Source: Sphaerodactylus townsendi (taxonomy: Eukaryota). From it: 64,000 nt of DNA. Below the pieces are notes generated by a model. It saw nothing but the letters and a program-made list of their open reading frames with translations. It was not told where the DNA came from and did no database searches. Location: the NCBI RefSeq assembly GCF_021028975.2, contig NC_059425.1, positions 139,934,001 to 139,998,000 of the forward strand, written 5' to 3'. Within the stretch, counting starts at the first letter, position 1. Each line of letters starts with the position of its first letter. The position numbers and the translations under genes are program-made. This document shows, one piece after another, positions 1 to 64,000 of this stretch.

Positions 1-738
1 GTTTGGTTCAGGGGGTCCGAAGTTATGGACCCTCAAAAGGGTAGCCCACATCTCCTTAGCAAAGAATGTGGGATGGGGTACCCCATTTGAGGGTCCATAA
101 CTTTGGACCCCCTAAACCAAACTGCACCCAACTTGGGGGAGTCCCATTAGGATAGTTTCCAGATGATACCCTGACATTTTGGTGCTGATATATCCAAAAA
201 TGCGCCCCCTTCAGGAACATCCTAGAAATTTGCCCAAGAATCTTTGTTCTGCATTGAGTTTTCTGTATTGCTGTCCATGGGGGTTGCAGGCTGGGGGGGG
301 GGGGCACATTTCTGAAGGCACAGTCTCAAAACTTTCTGGGTCTCATCAGGAGACTGCCCTGATGATACTCTCCAGGTTTGGTGAAGTTTGGTTCGGGGGG
401 GGCAAAGTTATGGACCCTCAAAACTGTAGCCCCAATCTCCTATTAGCTCCCATTGGAAACAATGCGGGATGGGGCACCCCCTTTGGGAGTCCATAACTTT
501 GGACTCCCTGAACCAAACCTCACCATACTTGAGGAGTAGCATAAGGACAGTCTCCTGATGATATGCTGAAATTATGGTGCTGATATGTCTAAAAATGCAC
601 CCCCTGCAGGCACCAATGTCCTGGTACAAAAAAAATTTGGTCGTGGTGGAGTGGCCGCCCATGGGGGGGGGGGGGGGCATCCAACTCAGGTTTTGCCCAG
701 GGCTACAGTTTGCCCAGGGCTGCCTCGTTACGCCCCTG
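1..738. mobile_element. Right part of a non-autonomous hAT-type DNA transposon with internal palindromic repeats (left end outside window)
   Basis: Ends in ...cgttacgcccctg (reverse complement CAGGGGCGTAACG). Its terminal ~120 bp (620-738) is similar to 16492-16597. Internal inverted pairs at 1-37/86-122 and ~387-423/482-520. Confidence 0.7.
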
Positions 739-1854
739 GTTTCTAGTACTGTTTGTCTCAGTTTTGAAGAATATTGCCAGCTTGTACACTTGCCCATTTC
801 ATTATCATGTTATCCTTTCCAGTATTGTGTTGTGTAGCAAACACTCTAAGCACCAGTGCTTTGGTGCAGGAAAAAAAAATCAAATAGAACCAGTTACGGT
901 ACTTGTGCATGCATACTAAAGTATGTAGAGTATGTTAACATGATAGAGAATATAAATAAACTATAAGAGCAGGTAAAATAGTATTTTTCTTCAAAGTATA
1001 ACTATTACACAGAATGATTTGTCAATATTATTGTTCAAAGAACTACAAGAAGGTGAGTACTCCAAATACTTAACTTCTTTTAAAAACCCAGAAAATGGTG
1101 CAATTCTATACAAATTCCAAAGTTAGAAGATCTACAAAACAATACATTTGAAGCTTTAAAATTTCAGAAGTCATAAATGCTAAGCAAGCACAGGGTGCCT
1201 TGAAACTGGTGAAGTCAAAAATGATCTTGTGAATTAAAAATAGTTGGAGAGATGAATTAGGACATGTTTTAATAGAAGAATACAGGACTAAGAACAAAAC
1301 TGCAAAACTCAGTGATCAAGTAATACTTTTTATGACTATGATTCCATTACAAGGCAACTTAAAGCTTCAGCAAATGAGTATCACTTTGTAAAGAACCTTT
1401 TAACAAAACTTATGTCTAAATCGTGTTTCATTATTCTGTCTTATCTGTGAATAGCAGCCCTTTCATTAAGATTCAGCTCTCAAAAATCTGACATTTTTTC
1501 CTTCTCTAGCAAATACTTTTCTCTTTTTTTTGGCATTGTAATGTCTCTATTCAGTGTGCCAAATTATCTTAACAATAGCACCCAGTTTAAAGGCCAACAG
1601 CACATTTAAGGGCTAAAGTTCAAAACAATCTTTAATTAGGTTCTGCTGCATCTTTTGCAACAGTCTGCTTTTAAAACGAATGTTCACTCAGTTACAGACT
1701 ATTTATGGAAAAAATGAATTAATTGTTTCTTTGAGAGGCCATTAATGATGCCTTTTTGGCTACGTACACATGCTTTTTTCCCCCACCTCAGACAGTTAAG
1801 CCTTTCACATCGTCTTTCAACAAGTTCTGGCCAACGCAGTGGACTAGTACATAC

Positions 1855-2078
1855 TGGAGCTGTGGCGACTCAGTAATAAAGCTTCTGCTCAGCATGCAGG
1901 AAGTCCCAGCTGAAGTCCTCCAGCATCCCTGGTTCAATGGATCAGACAGTAGGTCACATGAAACATTTCTAATTTCTGCTTGAGATGCTGGAGAGCTGCA
2001 GTTAGTCCAAGAAGACAGTAATGATCCTGACAGACCCATGCTTTGCCTCAGTTCTGCAAGGAATTTCATGTGTTCACA
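1855..2078 (+). mobile_element. Old tRNA-derived SINE with CR1-like tail
   Basis: Decayed tRNA-like head (ggagctgtggcgactcagtaataaagcttctgctcagcatgcaggaagtcccag) and tail ending ttcatgtgttc; family recognised from memory. Confidence 0.5.
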
Positions 2079-2138
2079 TGGTGGAAGTTCTTGGCTGCTA
2101 CTGTAAATTATGAACAGTTCAATAGCTAAGAAGCCCAC

Positions 2139-61279
<59,141 letters not shown>

Positions 61280-61633
61280 CTATCATTTGAAGGGAAAAAA
61301 AGGTTTGTATTCAACCAAGCAAAATAAAATATTTTACAGAAAAGAATAAGATTGTAAAACAAAATATTTTTTAAAAAGTTTGTTCTTGGTCAGTTTTATT
61401 GACAAGTTTTTTTTCATAATGGACACAGACAAAACCTTACTACTCCAATTGTCAGGCAATTTGGAGGAGCGTTTAATCTAATTTCACGTTTGCTGAGTTT
61501 TGAAGAGTGCAACTTCTGTTTTAACTTAAGAGCTAGTCATGTTAGACCTGCTGCAGGACTGAATGGGAGCCCAGAAGCACTTTTAAAACTAAAAAAAAAA
61601 GATACCAGCCTAACTTTCATTAATCAGAACTCA

Positions 61634-61854
61634 ATGTACTGTCGAAGGCTTTCACGGCCAGAATTACAGAAGGTTATGGGTAGATATTGTGGGTTTTCCG
61701 GGTTGTATGGCCGTGTTCCAGTAGTATTTTCTCCTGACATTTTGCCTGCATCTGTGGCTGATCCTCTGAAGATGCCAGCCACAGATGCAGGCAAAACGTC
61801 AGGAGGAAATACTGCTGGAACATGGCCATACAACTGGCAAAACGCACAACATCC
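61634..61854. mobile_element. Penelope-like element remnant: inverted pLTR pair
   Basis: 13-bp TSD taatcagaactca (61621-61633, 61855-61867); inverted arms about 61688-61760 / 61776-61850; decayed hammerhead motif. Confidence 0.8.
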
Positions 61855-64000
61855 TAATCAGAACTCACTTCAAGTGAATAAAATGAACATCTATCATGCC
61901 TTGGAAACCCTGTCAGGGACTGTTATAAGTCAGCTGTGACTTTACAGCAATCAGGACACTGAATTGATTAAAAGAAACAAAATATTTATTTACAGAACAA
62001 ACAAGCTGGATAGGAAAGAAAAGAGTTAAACCTAGGTGCCTTACTTACTCAGGCACCTTTCAAACTGCCTATATAATCTGGTTGAGCAGCAGGTTGCTGA
62101 CAGATTCAGATACAACAGGTAATTTTTTTTTAACCGTTCAGACAATGCTGCTCGCATACGATCAGCATCGCAGGGCTCTGCTATTTATAATGAAACTGCT
62201 TCCTCTCGTTTTCAGTTCTTCCTTGTGCTTCTGTATTGCTCCAGTGTGCTGTCTGAACTACCTGGAGCACTTCCAAAAGGATCACTATTTTTTCATGCCT
62301 TTTTCTGCCTTTTTTTTTCAGGATTCCAAGATTTGTGATATTTTACCATAGTAGCACCATGGACATGTCAGATGAGCTGACAAAAAAAGTGAGGGAAAGG
62401 GTGGGAGAACAATAGCAGTGCTGCTGGAACTGGCCAGAGCACTTTAGAGACAGCACACATATATGAACTGAAATGAATTGTATGAACACCCATATCTGCA
62501 TTGTTTTACTTGGAAATGGGCCAACAATGGATGACATCTGGTTTAGAACTGTATCTGAAAGGGTCTCAGACGGGATTCTAGACTGTTCTACAAGAAGTCT
62601 AAGAGAATCACTCTGTAGACAGACAAACCCCTTTTAGAAAAAAAGGGTACTCCCCTGCAGAGTCCTGTCTAGCTAGACCCTGATGCCCTGCCAGATCTTT
62701 TCTTTCTTTCATCTTCATACACAAGACATTGTAGTATTCCAACATTTAATGTGCCACTGTACTTCTATTTAATTTTGATAGTTCTGTCTTCAAAGTTCAC
62801 TGAGAGTTTAAGGTGATTACTTTTCACAAGTTCTCTGGAATGAGCAGGGAACGTAGGTGACCAAAGGAGTGAGCGGTTGACTACAAGCTCGCCTTACTAC
62901 TAAACTAAGACAAAATTTGTAAATGCCCAGATCTAAAGACGTGTGGGTACTGTCTTCTGAAATGGCTCATCAGAGTGAACCTTCGTTCACTCTATTTAGG
63001 AAGGCACATAAGACTTATTTTAGAGAGCATGAACTATTTTCACAAATATGACTGCGGTTTTTATATGCTATTCTATCTTAGTCAATTTCTATGCTATTTT
63101 GGTGGTCACACAACTAGTTGCTCCGTTGTCTAAAGTCCAAGGAGATAAAGCAGGATATAAAAACTGGAATGTATCCTGTCTGAATAGTACTACTCCACTG
63201 AGCAAATTTTGAAAAAGGCTGCTTACACGCCTTTTTAATAAATACTAATGTGCAGGAGTACATGTGTGTTTAGGAAGGTAGACTAGTCCACATCCGCACT
63301 AAGATGGATCATTGCACGTGTCAAACCAAACAGAATATGCAAAAAACATGGCAGAAAACTCAACTCTGCAAGCAAACTGGAGCCACTAAACCAATTTGTA
63401 TTTTATAAAAGCAAAACACTATCTATGTATTATATATTAGATAGCACTGCCATATGTTTGAGACTAAAACCCTTAAAGAGGATCAGTTTTAACCAGAAGA
63501 AAGAGGATTTAGACGGACTCTTAACTCATAATAAGCTGTAGAGACAGTCAATCCAGCAACCTTTGTATATTTACCCCACTTTTACTTGGCACCTAAATTA
63601 GATCTCTACTGTATCAATTTTTATACATACATATAAACTTAGACACATTTCTGTACCACAGTTATAAAAGCATCTAATAGTGCTATAAACAAGTGTGCTC
63701 GGGATCCTGGAGGGATATACAAAAATTATATGTGTTAATGAGCAGAAGGCAAAATTGAGGTGTTTAGTTAAATGTTTTGGCAACAGTTTGCTTTTACGTG
63801 AAACTCTGGAACCCAAGGTCACAGACTGCATGAGCTTTTTTCTTCATGATTTCTGATATCTGGTGTGCAAGTCTGCAGTAATTTGTCTAATGTAATGTAT
63901 GTGGTATTAAATTATAGTCATCAACATAATTACATTGTTAGACGTGCAGGTGATGCCTGATAAAAAAAGATCTGACCATGGCTTTTAAGAGGCAGCCATT

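Noticed and set aside
556-575. CTGATGA...GAAA hammerhead-like motif in the first hAT element
   Set aside because: There is no pairable stem II (tatgct) and no convincing stem I/III; the related copy at ~360 lacks GAAA.

Overview
Vertebrate genomic DNA. The repeat content (CORE-SINEs, BovB-like RTE, SPIN, Penelope fragments, many hAT/Harbinger MITEs) points to a squamate reptile, possibly a gecko; that assignment is an inference. The whole window lies inside the myosin VI gene (MYO6) on the minus strand. I traced 25 consecutive GT-AG coding exons (human-equivalent exons 3-27) totalling 2829 nt, or 943 codons (about aa 40-982). They encode the motor domain, insert 1, converter, insert 2 (reverse gear), IQ, three-helix bundle and the start of the SAH helix. 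The ATG exon lies beyond 64000 and the tail exons lie before position 1. Introns are full of transposon relics, many with recognisable TSDs. The most notable items are: (1) a 2.46-kb non-autonomous hAT-type element carrying a tandem array of ~260-bp units, each a ~77-bp-arm hairpin, with related elements carrying different palindromes; (2) a 21-nt tandem duplication of the exon 4 splice donor that would allow an in-frame VSIVLIY insertion; (3) Penelope pLTR fragments with minimal hammerhead ribozyme motifs; (4) a SPIN MITE. Repeat family names and human comparisons come from recall, not from database searches.
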